From NCBI GenBank assembly GCA_037388705.1, contig JARRJY010000002.1, positions 164 through 64,163 of the forward strand: DNA of 64,000 nucleotides, written 5' to 3'. Source of the stretch: Gammaproteobacteria bacterium (GTDB lineage: Bacteria > Pseudomonadota > Gammaproteobacteria > UBA6429 > Thiohalophilaceae). Positions 39,123 to 53,438 of the stretch are shown here, one piece after another. The position numbers were made by a program, and so were the translations under genes. The notes beneath the pieces were generated by a model. The model ran no database searches, had not been told where the DNA came from, and was given only the letters and a program-made list of their open reading frames with translations. How positions within the stretch are numbered: the stretch's first letter is position 1; every line of letters begins with the position of its first letter.

Positions 39123-39218
39123 CCATTGTCGGGCAAATAAAATTTTGAGTGTAAGAAGGTATTATCTACCATTGCCTATTTTTTCATTGGTTATGGCATT
39201 GCCTATGGACTGGGCTTT

Positions 39219-40202
39219 ATGGATACCGCTACCGTTCTGACAGAAAAAAGCGGCTATGAGCTGGTGAAATTTTTCTTCCTGTTAACGTTTGCCGCGGCTA
39301 TTCCAGCAATTATTTCCGGTGGTATTGCCGAACGCGCCAGGTTTTACCCGCAACTGGTCGCAACGTTTCTTATCGTGGCCCTTATTTACCCATTTTTTGA
39401 AGGCATGGCCTGGAAGGGCAATTTCGGCATGCAGGCCTGGATTGAAGCCAGTTTTGGTGCGCAGTTCCATGATTTTGCTGGGTCTGTTGTAGTCCATGCC
39501 ATGGGCGGCTGGCTGGCACTGGGGGCCGTCGTGTTACTGGGTGCGAGGCATGGTCGATATACCAAGGAGGGTAAAATCAGTGCAGCACACCCTCCTTCAA
39601 GTATTCCTTTCCTCGCGCTGGGTGCCTGGATCCTGACGGTAGGCTGGTTTGGTTTTAACGTCATGTCTGCACAGACTATTGATGCTATTAGCGGACTGGT
39701 TGCTGTTAATTCATTGATGGCCATGGTCGGTGGCATCCTCGCTGCCCTGCTGGTAGGTAAAAACGACCCGGGCTTTGTCCACAATGGTCCACTGGCCGGT
39801 CTGGTCGCCGTGTGTGCCGGTTCTGACATTATGCATCCCGCGGGTGCACTGGTGACCGGCGCGGTGGCTGGTGGCCTGTTTGTCTGGACCTTCACCCTCT
39901 GCCAGAACAAATGGAAAATTGACGATGTACTGGGCGTCTGGCCATTGCATGGTCTGTGCGGTGCCTGGGGGGGTGTTGCCGCGGGTATCTTCGGCAGCAC
40001 AGCGCTTGGTGGCCTGGGTGGCGTTACCTTCATGGCACAGCTGGCCGGTACTGTCATCGGCGTTAGTATTGCCCTGGCAGGCGGTTTTATTGTTTACGGT
40101 ATCATCAAGAAGCTGGTAGGTATTCGGCTCAGTCAGGAAGAGGAATACCAGGGTGCTGATCTTAGTATCCATAAAATCGCTTCTGAATCGGCGATTGATT
40201 AA
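39219..40202 (+). CDS. ammonium transporter (Amt family), lacking the N-terminal ~50-65 residues (TM1 region)
   Basis: DFAGSVVVHAMGGW, GWFGFN and VWPLHGLCGAWGG are Amt motifs. The frame is open only from 39141 (NFECKKVLSTIAYFFIGYGIAYGLGF-M...), which aligns with the KNVLS...GYSLAFG region after TM1 of E. coli AmtB. Confidence 0.7.
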   Translation: MDTATVLTEKSGYELVKFFFLLTFAAAIPAIISGGIAERARFYPQLVATFLIVALIYPFFEGMAWKGNFGMQAWIEASFGAQFHDFAGSVVVHAMGGWLALGAVVLLGARHGRYTKEGKISAAHPPSSIPFLALGAWILTVGWFGFNVMSAQTIDAISGLVAVNSLMAMVGGILAALLVGKNDPGFVHNGPLAGLVAVCAGSDIMHPAGALVTGAVAGGLFVWTFTLCQNKWKIDDVLGVWPLHGLCGAWGGVAAGIFGSTALGGLGGVTFMAQLAGTVIGVSIALAGGFIVYGIIKKLVGIRLSQEEEYQGADLSIHKIASESAID

Positions 40203-40223
40203 TCTACGCAAATGTTCCAGCTC

Positions 40224-40253
40224 AAAGGCGGCCTGCGTGCCGCCTTTTGTTTT
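40224..40253 (+). terminator. rho-independent terminator downstream of amt
   Basis: AAAGGCGGC-CTGCGT-GCCGCCTTT followed by TGTTTT. Confidence 0.7.
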
Positions 40254-40320
40254 CAGGAGAAAAGGTTTACGGAATGGAGCATATGAGGGATCTGGGCCAG
40301 TTATCTGGCCTGGAATTACA

Positions 40321-41376
40321 TTACACGCTGGTTTTATCCACGAACAGTGTCTGGGTTGGATAGGCGAATTCGATTTCTTCCTGTTCGAAACGTTCATGTA
40401 TATGCAGGTTGATGGCCTGTTGAACATCCATATAAAGGTTGTAGTCAGGGCCTGATACGTAATAGACCGACTCAAAGATCAGGGCAAAATCGCCGTACTC
40501 CTTGAAATGTGAACGATCGAAGCGGGTAGACTCCTGCGCTTCGATTGCCTCGCGAATGATCCGTGGTATGAGCACCAGCTTGTCTCGGGGAGTCTGGTAG
40601 GTAACGCCAAGGTTGAAAGAGACTCGGCGTTCATACATGCGACCAAAATTTCGTATCCGACTGTTAAGTAAATCTGAATTAGAGAAAACCAGTTGTTCGC
40701 CGGACAGGCTGCGTAGCCGGGTCGTCTTCAGGCCGACATATTCCACCGAACCCAGCAGATCACCAACAATGAGAAAATCACCGACCACAAAAGGCTTGTC
40801 GAGTACTATCGACAACGAGGCAAACAAATCACCCAGTATGGTCTGCAGCGCAAGCGCCACCGCCACACCACCGACACCCAGGCCGGCAACCAGTGCCGTG
40901 ACATTGACGCCCAGGTTCTCCAGCACCAGCAGTAGCACCAGTGTCCAGATAACCAGCCGACCAACAAAATTGATGACACTCAGGGTGGTAAGACTGGCAG
41001 GATCCTTTTCCTGTTGCTGTTTGCGATAACTTTCGATGCTGGCCTGTAATGCTGCCCCGGCCCAGATCCCGGACTGGATCAACAGCGCCATAATGGTTAC
41101 CAGGTGAATAATCTTACGGGTTTGATCCGGAATGCTCAGTGCCAATGAGCTAAAAAACAGTGCAAGGATAACAAGAAACAGTACCTGTCCTTTTTTAACA
41201 ATTGCCAGCAATGCATGCCAAAAAGGGGTATCGTTTTTCTCTACACGTTTCTTCAACTGGCGACATAACAACCAACGGGTAACAATGACAACGAGCAGAA
41301 AGGCGATACTGATTGCGGCTGCAATCAGCCAGCTCAGCAGGGAGTTGCCAAAGAGGCTGGTTTTCAACAATTCCAT
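40321..41376 (-). CDS. mechanosensitive ion channel family protein (MscS-like)
   Basis: Four N-terminal TM segments, then ILGDLFASLSIVLDKPFVVGDFLIVGD..GSVEYVGLKTTRLRS. The start is taken at MELLKTSLF. Confidence 0.85.
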   Translation of the reverse strand: MELLKTSLFGNSLLSWLIAAAISIAFLLVVIVTRWLLCRQLKKRVEKNDTPFWHALLAIVKKGQVLFLVILALFFSSLALSIPDQTRKIIHLVTIMALLIQSGIWAGAALQASIESYRKQQQEKDPASLTTLSVINFVGRLVIWTLVLLLVLENLGVNVTALVAGLGVGGVAVALALQTILGDLFASLSIVLDKPFVVGDFLIVGDLLGSVEYVGLKTTRLRSLSGEQLVFSNSDLLNSRIRNFGRMYERRVSFNLGVTYQTPRDKLVLIPRIIREAIEAQESTRFDRSHFKEYGDFALIFESVYYVSGPDYNLYMDVQQAINLHIHERFEQEEIEFAYPTQTLFVDKTSV

Positions 41377-41552
41377 GACAATATCTTGCCACAGATAAAA
41401 ATAGCTGTCAGAGACCAATTGTTTCTAAACGAGTGACAGTTAAGCTGTCCTTTAAAATTAACGAACTTTGCAGGTGTTCTGCATGGCGGGACTGGATAAA
41501 AACTGGTCAAAATGCTACCTTTCGCCTCCTTTATTTATTGGAACAGGGCTTA

Positions 41553-42896
41553 ATGGCAGGCAAATTACATATCCGCACCTTCGGTTGCCAGATGAATGAG
41601 TACGATACAGCCAAGATGGCTGATGTACTCAAGGCTTCACACGGCCTGGAATTGACTGACAACGCGGAACAAGCTGATGTGTTGTTGCTGAACACCTGCT
41701 CGGTGCGTGAAAAAGCCCAGGAAAAAGTCTTCTCCCAGCTGGGCATGTGGCGTCCATTAAAGGAAGCTAATCCCGAGGTAGTCATTGGGGTAGGTGGTTG
41801 CGTGGCCAGCCAGGAAGGTGAGGCGATTATATCGCGTGCTCCTTTTGTTGACCTGGTATTTGGTCCACAAACCCTGCACCGCCTGCCGGAAATGCTCAAT
41901 GACGCACGAGCTGAGCATAAGTCAGTCGTTGATACCAGTTTCCCGGAAATTGAAAAATTTGATCATCTGCCTGAGCCTAAGGTGGATGGCGTCAGTGCCT
42001 ATGTCTCTATCATGGAAGGTTGCAGCAAGTACTGTACCTTCTGTGTAGTACCTTACACGCGTGGTGAAGAATTCAGCCGACCATTTGATGATGTAATTGC
42101 CGAAGTGGCGCAACTGGCTGAGCAGGGCGTGCGGGAAATCAATTTGCTGGGGCAGAATGTAAACGCTTATCGCGGGCAGATGCATGACAATGAGGTGGCC
42201 GACCTGGCGCTGCTGATAAATTACGTGGCAGCTATCGAGGGCATTGATCGTATTCGCTATACCACATCCCACCCGATGGAAATGACCGACAGTCTGATCC
42301 AGGCCTATGCCGAAGTGCCGGAACTAGTCAGTCATTTGCACCTGCCAGTGCAAAGTGGCTCGGATCGTATCCTGGCATTGATGAAACGCAAGCACATGGC
42401 TATCGAATACAAGGCAATTATTCGCAAGTTGCGTGAGGTACGTCCGGACATCAGTATCTCCTCGGATTTCATTGTCGGCTTTCCGGGTGAAACCGATGAG
42501 GATTTCAAGGCGACCATGGAGCTGGTGGCTGAAATCGGCTTTGACCACTCATTCAGCTTTATTTACAGTGAGCGTCCTGGTACCCCGGCAGCAGCCCTGC
42601 CGGATGATGTGCCGATGGAAACCAAGAAGCAGCGCCTGGCCATCTTGCAACAACGGCTGACCCAGCAGGCTATTGAAATCAGTGAAAATATGGTGGGAAC
42701 GGAACAAAAAATCCTGGTTTCCGGGCCCTCGAAAAAAGATCCACATGAACTGTCAGGACGCACGGAGAACAATCGTGTGGTAAACTTTAAAGGTGAGCCA
42801 TCGTTGATTGGTGAATTTGTAAACGTGAAAATTACTGACGCTTACCCCAATTCATTACGCGGAGAACTGATTGATACATCGGTTCGGTGCGCCTGA
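41553..42896 (+). CDS. miaB: tRNA-2-methylthio-N6-dimethylallyladenosine synthase
   Basis: [32 protein letters not shown] and a TRAM-like C-terminus. The start is taken at the internal ATG 41553 (MAGKLHI). Confidence 0.92.
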   Translation: MAGKLHIRTFGCQMNEYDTAKMADVLKASHGLELTDNAEQADVLLLNTCSVREKAQEKVFSQLGMWRPLKEANPEVVIGVGGCVASQEGEAIISRAPFVDLVFGPQTLHRLPEMLNDARAEHKSVVDTSFPEIEKFDHLPEPKVDGVSAYVSIMEGCSKYCTFCVVPYTRGEEFSRPFDDVIAEVAQLAEQGVREINLLGQNVNAYRGQMHDNEVADLALLINYVAAIEGIDRIRYTTSHPMEMTDSLIQAYAEVPELVSHLHLPVQSGSDRILALMKRKHMAIEYKAIIRKLREVRPDISISSDFIVGFPGETDEDFKATMELVAEIGFDHSFSFIYSERPGTPAAALPDDVPMETKKQRLAILQQRLTQQAIEISENMVGTEQKILVSGPSKKDPHELSGRTENNRVVNFKGEPSLIGEFVNVKITDAYPNSLRGELIDTSVRCA

Positions 42897-42916
42897 TCTG
42901 ACCTTATTGCCCCGTC

Positions 42917-43918
42917 TTGAGTACCACAGCCTATTCTACCGATGTTGTTCTGGAACCCGCTGATAACCAGCGGTTGGCCAACCTGTGCGGTCAGTTTGAC
43001 GAGCATCTGCGACAGATCGAACGCCGCCTGGGAGTTGAAGTAAACAACCGCGGCAATTCGTTTCGCGTCATTGGTGATAGCTCTTCTGTCCAGGCCGCCG
43101 AAGAAGTATTACGCGATCTTTATGAAGATACTGAAACCGAGGCACTGGATCCTGCCAAGGTTAATTTATACTTACAGCAGTCCGGGGTTGAGGCAAAAGT
43201 CACGCAAATACCTGGTATCGAGGACGAGGTTTTTATCCAGACACAGCGCGGTTCTATCCGTGGTCGTGGCCCGAACCAGAAACAGTATCTCTCGGCAATC
43301 ACCAGTCACGATGTGAATTTTGGCATTGGCCCCGCCGGAACCGGTAAAACCTTTTTAGCCGTAGCCTGCGCGGTAGATGCCATGGAACGGGATAAAGCCC
43401 GTCGCATTATCCTGACGCGACCAGCGGTTGAATCGGGTGAACGCCTGGGGTTTTTGCCAGGTGACCTGGCTCAGAAAATTGATCCGTACTTAAGACCATT
43501 GTATGACGCCCTGTACGAAATGCTGGGTTTTGAAAAAGTGGCCAAGTTAATCGAACGTAATGTAATCGAGGTAGCGCCGCTGGCCTATATGCGCGGTCGT
43601 TCACTGAATGAATCGTTTATAATTCTGGATGAGGCGCAGAACACCACGGTGGAACAAATGAAAATGTTCCTGACGCGCATTGGTTTTGGCTCAACGGTCG
43701 TGGTAACCGGTGATGTGACACAGATTGATTTACCACGAGGCCAGAAATCAGGATTAAGACACGTGGTTGATGTATTAAAAGATGTTGAAGGTATCAGCTT
43801 TACCTTTTTCAATCCAAAAGATGTGGTGCGTCATCCCCTGGTGCAACGTATCGTTACGGCTTACGATGCGTATGAAGGGCAAAACAGTCCTGAGCAAAAG
43901 GGAAAATCTGATTCGTGA
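42917..43918 (+). CDS. ybeZ: PhoH-family ATPase (YbeZ)
   Basis: LEPADNQRLANLCG and Walker A GPAGTGKTFLAV...ILDEAQN. The TTG start is uncertain. Confidence 0.88.
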   Translation: MSTTAYSTDVVLEPADNQRLANLCGQFDEHLRQIERRLGVEVNNRGNSFRVIGDSSSVQAAEEVLRDLYEDTETEALDPAKVNLYLQQSGVEAKVTQIPGIEDEVFIQTQRGSIRGRGPNQKQYLSAITSHDVNFGIGPAGTGKTFLAVACAVDAMERDKARRIILTRPAVESGERLGFLPGDLAQKIDPYLRPLYDALYEMLGFEKVAKLIERNVIEVAPLAYMRGRSLNESFIILDEAQNTTVEQMKMFLTRIGFGSTVVVTGDVTQIDLPRGQKSGLRHVVDVLKDVEGISFTFFNPKDVVRHPLVQRIVTAYDAYEGQNSPEQKGKSDS

Positions 43919-44358
43919 GTGTCACGGTTGATGTACAGCGAGTCATAGCAGGTGGTCCCGGGGATGAAACAATTCAGCAATGGGTCGAACAGATACTGTC
44001 AGCAGAAAACAAAGATGATGCGGAACTGACAGTACGCATTGTTGACGAGAGTGAAAGCGCGGCTTTAAATGAAGAGTACCGCCAGAAAAGCAATTCAACC
44101 AATGTCTTATCATTTCCGTTTGAATGTCCGGAAGAGGTTGAGCTGAATTTGTTAGGTGATCTGGTAATCTGCGCTCCGGTTGTTGAACGCGAAGCAAAGC
44201 AGCAACATAAAAACAGCCGGGCGCACTGGGCGCATATGTTAGTACATGGTGTATTGCATTTGTTAGGCTATGATCATATTGAAGAAGCCGATGCTGAAAA
44301 GATGGAAGTGCGGGAAGTTAAAATACTGGAGAGTATGGGCTTTCCAAACCCTTATTAA
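43915..44358 (+). CDS. ybeY: rRNA maturation RNase YbeY
   Basis: HGVLHLLGYDH zinc motif. 4-nt overlap with the ybeZ stop codon. Confidence 0.9.
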   Translation: MSVTVDVQRVIAGGPGDETIQQWVEQILSAENKDDAELTVRIVDESESAALNEEYRQKSNSTNVLSFPFECPEEVELNLLGDLVICAPVVEREAKQQHKNSRAHWAHMLVHGVLHLLGYDHIEEADAEKMEVREVKILESMGFPNPY

Positions 44359-44387
44359 TCACAACAGGATAGAAAAAAAGATTCATT

Positions 44388-45293
44388 ATGAATGACGGAC
44401 GACCGAGCAGCACTACCGACAAATCAGCACGAAACTGGTTTGAAAAGGTAGTGCAATTTTTTCAGGCCAAACCTGAAGATCGTGAAGAGTTAATCCAGAC
44501 TTTACAGGATGCCCAGCAGAACAATCTGTTTGATGCTGATGCCATGGTAATGATGGAAGGTGTGCTGCAGGTTTCAGAAATGCAGGTACGCGATATCATG
44601 ATCCCCCGTTCACAAATGGTGGTTGTAGAAACAGATGCGACACCCGATGAAATCCTTTCAACAGTAGTCAGTTCTGCTCACTCACGTTTCCCCGCGGTTG
44701 GTGATAGCAAGGATGAGGTTGTTGGTCTTTTGCTGGCCAAGGACCTGTTGCCGTTTTTTCTGAAAGGGGATAAAGAACAGATCAACCTGCGCGATCTGTT
44801 GCGCCCGGTTGTTTTTATTCCTGAAAGCAAGCGTCTGAACGTGTTATTAAAAGAATTCCGTTCTAATCGTAATCATATGGCGATCGTTGTCGATGAGTAT
44901 GGTGGTGCTGCTGGCCTGGTAACGATAGAAGACGTACTGGAACAGATCGTTGGAGAAATAGAGGACGAGCATGACTTTGCCGATGATATTTATATTCTTG
45001 CCCATTCAGATATAAGGGCAACGATAAAGGCCATTACACCTATCGAAGACTTCAACGAGCATTTTGGAAGTAATTTCAGCGATGAAGAGTTTGATACCAT
45101 TGGTGGACTGGTAATGAATGCGCTGGGGCATATGCCCAAACGTGATGAAACAGTAACTATGGATGGTTTCCATTTTAAGGTACTGCGCGCCAGTAGTCGC
45201 CGCATTCACCTGTTGGAAGTCAATAAACTGGACCAGGAAAAAATCGACAAAAATAATAATGATGAACCTATGGAAAAGGTGGATGAAGCATGA
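44388..45293 (+). CDS. corC: CBS-pair + CorC_HlyC domain protein (magnesium/cobalt efflux-associated)
   Basis: [11 protein letters not shown]...[33 protein letters not shown]. Confidence 0.88.
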   Translation: MNDGRPSSTTDKSARNWFEKVVQFFQAKPEDREELIQTLQDAQQNNLFDADAMVMMEGVLQVSEMQVRDIMIPRSQMVVVETDATPDEILSTVVSSAHSRFPAVGDSKDEVVGLLLAKDLLPFFLKGDKEQINLRDLLRPVVFIPESKRLNVLLKEFRSNRNHMAIVVDEYGGAAGLVTIEDVLEQIVGEIEDEHDFADDIYILAHSDIRATIKAITPIEDFNEHFGSNFSDEEFDTIGGLVMNALGHMPKRDETVTMDGFHFKVLRASSRRIHLLEVNKLDQEKIDKNNNDEPMEKVDEA

Positions 45294-46748
45294 AGTTGCT
45301 TCATCCAGAAAACTAAAATACCTGCTAGCATTTATTTCCGGTGGGTTATTCCCTCTTGCTTTTGCCCCGGTTAATTTCTTTCCTTTAGCTTTTTTTCTTC
45401 CTGCCATTTTGTTTTATCTGTGGCGAAATACCACGGCCAGGCAGGCGGCAAAGATTGGTTTTTTCTTTGGGCTGGGTGAATTTGCTGTTGGTGTCTCGTG
45501 GGTATATGTTGCTATTCATGAATTTGGTCTGAGTTCAGTTGCTGTTGCGACATTATTAACTGGTCTTTTTGTGACCTTCCTGGCCTTGTTCATTGCCTTA
45601 CAGGGTTATATCAGCCAGTCACTGGTTAATCGTTATAGTAGTGGCCAATGGATGAGTTACCTTTTGATTTATCCGGCATGCTGGGTATTCATGGAGTGGG
45701 TCAGGGGCTGGTTCCTGACCGGTTTCCCCTGGTTAAACCTTGGATATAGCCAGATTGATACACCTATGGTGGGTTATGCTTCTGTGCTGGGGGTCTATGG
45801 TATCTCCTGGATTGTCGTGTTTATATCCGGCCTGATCCTGTTTTTATTTGAGCGGCCCAACAGCAAGATCCCTGTCATCATTTGCATTTTCCTGCTTTTT
45901 AGCCGTTAAAAGTAGCCCTGATACAGGGTAATATGCCGCAATATACCAAGTGGGATCCTGACGCGGTTGGGCAACGTATCGAACAGTATTCCCGCCTGAC
46001 AAGAATGCACTGGGATAATGATCTTATCATCTGGCCGGAAAACAGTATGACGGCATATTTTCATCAGCTGGATGAAAGCTTTTTACAACCATTTAAACAG
46101 GAAGCGATTGCCAATAACAGTGAATTGATAATCGGCATACCGTTTCTTAACCAGGAGACCTATCAGTATTACAGCAGTTTTATGACGATAGGCGCACAAC
46201 AGACGTTTTATCACAAAACGCACCTGGTACCTTTCGGTGAATACCTGCCACTGGATTTTCTGTTACGTGATCTGATCAACTTTTTTTCCATGCCGATGTC
46301 TGATTTTAGCCGTGGTGACTGGATACAACCGTTATTGCAGGTGAAAGGTCAGAAAGTTGCAGCAACGATTTGTTACGAGGATGCGTTTGGTGAGGAGCTG
46401 ATTCGTTATTTACCTGAAGCCAGTTTACTGGTGAATGGTAGCAACAATGCATGGTATGGAAATTCATTCGCGCCACATCAGCATTTACAGATTTCAAGAA
46501 TGCGTGCAGTAGAAACCGGTCGCGATTTAATGCGCGCTACAACAAATGGTATATCTGCACTGGTCAATCATAAAGGTAAAATCCAGGTGCGTTCCCGGCA
46601 GTTTGAAAGTGACGTGGTTACTGGCATAGTACAACCACGAAGCGGGGCCACCCCGTATGTTAACTGGGGTAATTACCCTGTGTTAGCCGGTCTTCTCTTG
46701 TGTTTGCTATTCGTGATTGTTCGCAACAGGTCACAACAAAACGATTAA
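45283..46748 (+). pseudogene. lnt: apolipoprotein N-acyltransferase, split by a single-nt frameshift near 45903
   Basis: The N-terminal TM half (45283-45909, ...GFPWLNLGYSQ...) and the CN-hydrolase half (frame open from 45903: PLKVALIQGNMPQYTKWDP...) lie in different frames. The permissible switch window is only about 45901-45907 (AGCCGTT). Confidence 0.75.
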
Positions 46749-47263
46749 CCAATCCGGTAATGCTTTTTAAATTTTGTATGTTTGCACTTGGGACAGGGTG
46801 GGATACGCCCCGGCTTTTTAAACTGCAATTCTTCACCGCATTCCTGGCAAAACAGGATACCAACACCGGTAATTTCACCAGTATGCCATTCGGCTTCTTC
46901 ACGGATAGTTTCTTTAAACTCACTGAGTTCGATGCGGGTTTTATCGACGGCCTCGGCAAACATTTCGGCAAACTGCTGTTCGGCAAATTCAAGGTCAAAT
47001 TTTAACCAGTCCGCCACCCTGGTTTCGCTTTCTTCCAGGAAGTCTGCCGCCTGTTCCAGATCTTTTTTCAGGTATGTTGCCGTTACTTCGAGCTCTTCCT
47101 TGCTAAGCTCTCCCAGTTCAGATGCCTTTTCCATTGCCTTATCCAGGTTATTTTTCAGCTGGGGTAATGCATGTTCTTCAGTTTCATGCCAGAGGTGTTT
47201 CAGCTCTTCGAGCATGGTGTGGTAGGCATCAACAAGTTTGTCGCGAACAGGATGGTCAGTCAT
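46745..47263 (-). CDS. zinc-ribbon-containing protein (DUF1451-like)
   Basis: The start is taken at MTDHPVRDKLV. The C-terminal CQECG...CPKCKHTKF is a zinc ribbon. The longer 242-aa ORF start was rejected. Confidence 0.6.
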   Translation of the reverse strand: MTDHPVRDKLVDAYHTMLEELKHLWHETEEHALPQLKNNLDKAMEKASELGELSKEELEVTATYLKKDLEQAADFLEESETRVADWLKFDLEFAEQQFAEMFAEAVDKTRIELSEFKETIREEAEWHTGEITGVGILFCQECGEELQFKKPGRIPPCPKCKHTKFKKHYRIG

Positions 47264-47426
47264 CAGGTTTCCCTCAGGTTTAAGTCGAACACATAATAAT
47301 AATAATGGTCCATGATAAGCAAAAATACATTGATCTTGATCAGAGGTTTGTTGGTACGAGGCGGGTGTGTGAGGTATCCTAACGGTTTGGAACGGCGTAC
47401 CCCGCCAGCTGGATAACCATTGGTAA

Positions 47427-50390
<2,964 letters not shown>

Positions 50391-50394
<4 letters not shown>

Positions 50395-51422
50395 AGCTTC
50401 GCGTTGATCAACTTGCAGTTAACCTGGAAAACGCGCTGGCTCCGGTTTATTTTGTCAGCGGCGATGAACCTTTTCAGGTCGATGAAGCCTGTCAGCAAAT
50501 ACGCCAGCAATGCCAATCAAAGGGTTATAACGAACGCGAACTATTTCATGTAGACAGAAGTTTTGACTGGCAGCAACTGCAATCGGCAGCCGGTGCGCTG
50601 TCGTTATTTTCCCAACAGCGAATGATCGAGTTGCGTTTGCCTTCTGCCAAGCCGGGTAGCGAGGGAGCCAGGGCGCTGGTCGAATATTGTGAACATATTC
50701 CCGATGACACCATCCTTTTAATTGTTGCCGGTAAAATGGAGTCCAGCCAGACACGTAGTAAATGGTTCAAATCCCTGGAGCAGATAGGGATTGTCATACA
50801 GGTATGGCCCATTGAAAAAAATCAGTTACCACAATGGATCAGGCAGCGTATGCAAGTGCGTGGTATGCAGCCCAATGACGGGGCGCTGAATATGCTGGTG
50901 GACAGGGTCGAAGGTAATTTACTGGCGGCTGATCAGGAACTGGAGAAACTGCGCCTGTTGTATGGAGAAGTCATCATTGATGAACAACAGGTGGCTGCCG
51001 CGGTTTCAGATAGTGCCCGGTTTGATGTTTTTGGCCTGGTCGATGCTGCCCTGGCAGGTAATGCCCAACGTGCCAGCCGGATATTGCATGGCCTGATGGC
51101 AGAGGGGGTTGAGTCCATCGTGGTGTTATGGGCCCTGGCCAGGGAAATTCGCAGTATTAACGCCATGTCCCTGGCTATCCAGGCAGGTCAATCGGTGGAT
51201 TCCGTCATGGGGCAATACCGTGTTTGGGAAAAACGTAAGCCACAGGTACGGGCCGCGCTGCAAAGATATCCGGCCAGGCGCTGGCAGGGCTTATTATGGC
51301 AGGCCGGTGAAATTGACAGGATGATTAAGGGTTTATCAGCAGGCAAAGCCTGGGATGAGTTGTTACAATTAACATTGAAGGTTGCTGGCACAACGCTGTT
51401 TCGCCGTCAGCCTGTTAAATAG
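50391..51422 (+). CDS. holA: DNA polymerase III subunit delta
   Basis: 343 aa. [12 protein letters not shown]... The conserved position after lptE and an ATGA overlap support the call. Confidence 0.85.
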
Positions 51423-51439
51423 ATCAAGCTTATAGAATT

Positions 51440-52708
51440 ATGGATGCCAAAGTAGATATTAAAGAGTACATGACTGTACTGGGTCAGCAGGCGCGGGCTG
51501 CCTCACGCGTGCTGGCACGAGCAAATACCGGTGCCAAGAATACGGCATTACTGGCAATGGCTGATGCTATTGAAGCCAGGCGTGATGAACTGATCAAAGA
51601 AAACCAGAAAGATCTGGATGCCGGAAAAACCAATGGTCTGGATGATGCCTTGCTGGATCGCCTGGCGTTAAATGAGGAACGTATTTCAGGTATGGCTGAA
51701 GGGCTTCGCCAGATCGTTTCGCTGCCTGATCCGGTTGGTGAAATTACCGATATGAGTTATATGCCTAGCGGTATCCAGGTTGGCAAGATGCGCGTCCCGC
51801 TTGGCGTCATTGGTATTATTTACGAGTCACGTCCAAATGTTACAGCGGATGCGGCAGCACTTTGCCTGAAATCTGGAAATGCCGCTATCTTGCGTGGTGG
51901 ATCTGAAGCGGCACATTCCAACCAGGCCATTGCCACCTGTATTCAGCAAGGCTTACGTGATGCCGGTTTACCTGAAGAAGTCGTTCAGGTGATAGAAACC
52001 ACGGACCGGGCTGCGGTTGGTGAATTGATCACCATGCCCGAGTATGTGGATGTGATCGTGCCACGTGGTGGTAAAGGCCTGATTGAACGTATTACTGCCG
52101 AAGCGCGTGTGCCCGTGATTAAACACTTGCACGGTGTATGTCATGTATATATTGATGATGCGGCAAATGTGGACAAGGCAGTCAAGGTGGCTTTCAATGC
52201 CAAGACACAACGTTACGGTACCTGCAATACCATGGAAACATTACTGGTAAGCCAGGCTATTGCCGCTGATGTGTTACCGGTACTTGGTGAAATGTATGAA
52301 AAAGAAGGAGTCGAGCTAAGAGGCTGTCTTGCAACCCAGGCTATTCTTTCTACTGCCAAAGCGGCAACAGATGCAGACTGGGATGAGGAATACCTCGCTC
52401 CTATTCTTTCTATCCGTGTAGTTGAAGATATTAATCAGGCCATTGAGCATATTCATCAACATAGTTCAGGCCATACCGAGTCCATCATTACGGAAAATAT
52501 TTCACAAGCACGGAGGTTTATTACCGAGGTGGATTCCAGCTCGGTAATGATCAATGCTTCCACCCGTTTTGCAGATGGTTTTGAGTATGGTCTGGGAGCG
52601 GAAATTGGTATAAGCACAGACAAGATTCATGCGCGCGGCCCGGTAGGTCTGGAAGGCCTTACTTCACAGAAATACATTGTCATTGGCGATGGCCATATCA
52701 GAACTTGA
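51440..52708 (+). CDS. proA: glutamate-5-semialdehyde dehydrogenase
   Basis: [16 protein letters not shown] and [10 protein letters not shown] are ProA motifs. Confidence 0.93.
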   Translation: MDAKVDIKEYMTVLGQQARAASRVLARANTGAKNTALLAMADAIEARRDELIKENQKDLDAGKTNGLDDALLDRLALNEERISGMAEGLRQIVSLPDPVGEITDMSYMPSGIQVGKMRVPLGVIGIIYESRPNVTADAAALCLKSGNAAILRGGSEAAHSNQAIATCIQQGLRDAGLPEEVVQVIETTDRAAVGELITMPEYVDVIVPRGGKGLIERITAEARVPVIKHLHGVCHVYIDDAANVDKAVKVAFNAKTQRYGTCNTMETLLVSQAIAADVLPVLGEMYEKEGVELRGCLATQAILSTAKAATDADWDEEYLAPILSIRVVEDINQAIEHIHQHSSGHTESIITENISQARRFITEVDSSSVMINASTRFADGFEYGLGAEIGISTDKIHARGPVGLEGLTSQKYIVIGDGHIRT

Positions 52709-52730
52709 TTTTTCTTTGCAATAACGAATC

Positions 52731-52764
52731 AAAGTGAAAGGTTTGTTCAGGTCTTTCACTTTTT
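52731..52764 (+). terminator. rho-independent terminator after proA
   Basis: AAAGTGAAAG-(12-nt loop)-CTTTCACTTT followed by TT. Confidence 0.55.
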
Positions 52765-52797
52765 GTGCTTATCCATACAAGAGCGTAAAGGTTTTCA

Positions 52798-53430
52798 ATG
52801 ATAGGAATTTTAGGCGGAACATTTGATCCGGTGCATTTTGGCCATTTACGTCCGGCCCTGGAAGTAGCAGAAGTTCTTAAACTTGATGAGGTACGTTTTA
52901 TTCCCTGTGGCCAGCCGCCACACCGCGAACAACCTGTGGCAAGTGCTTTACAACGTTTATCCCTGCTACGCGCAGCAATAACAGGTTATCCCGGATTTAA
53001 AGTAGATGACCGGGAACTGAAACGTGAAGGGCCCTCTTATATGGTGGATACACTGGCATCGTTGCAAAAAGATTTACCCGGGCAGGCACTATGTTTAATT
53101 TTGGGATGGGATGCATTTATTCATTTAGAGACATGGCATCAGTGGCAAAGAATATTTGAGATGGCCAACGTGGTAGTAACACATCGCCCCGGCTGGTCTC
53201 GTGAGCAGCTAGCAAAGCATAGTGAACTGGCAAGGCTGGTTGAAGAAAAAACCCTGGATGCAGATAAACTATCAGGCAAACAGGCAGGTAATATTACGTT
53301 TATCGCTGTTACACAGCTTGATATTTCTTCCACGCAAATTCGTCGTCAACTGCAGACAGGAAACAGCGTGAGTTTCTTGTTACCCGAAAAAGTGGAACAA
53401 CTAATACTGAATCAAAATATATACAGGTAA
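52798..53430 (+). CDS. nadD: nicotinate-nucleotide adenylyltransferase
   Basis: [15 protein letters not shown]...ISST.IR. Confidence 0.9.
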   Translation: MIGILGGTFDPVHFGHLRPALEVAEVLKLDEVRFIPCGQPPHREQPVASALQRLSLLRAAITGYPGFKVDDRELKREGPSYMVDTLASLQKDLPGQALCLILGWDAFIHLETWHQWQRIFEMANVVVTHRPGWSREQLAKHSELARLVEEKTLDADKLSGKQAGNITFIAVTQLDISSTQIRRQLQTGNSVSFLLPEKVEQLILNQNIYR

Positions 53431-53438
53431 TTCATAAG

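Noticed and set aside
39386-40475. Long - strand ORFs (223 aa and 254 aa) overlapping amt
   Set aside because: They are antisense to a well-supported Amt coding frame. Pro/Ala/Thr-rich translations are typical of the reverse frame of a Gly/Ala/Val-rich membrane protein gene.
41433-41552. Extended N-termini given by the ORF track for miaB (41433), ispG (7304), mscS-like (41418), yggX (27866), yjgA (63482), PhzF (315) and the lipoprotein (26483)
   Set aside because: Family alignments from memory place the conserved N-termini at internal Met codons. The extensions overlap neighbouring genes or intergenic promoters.
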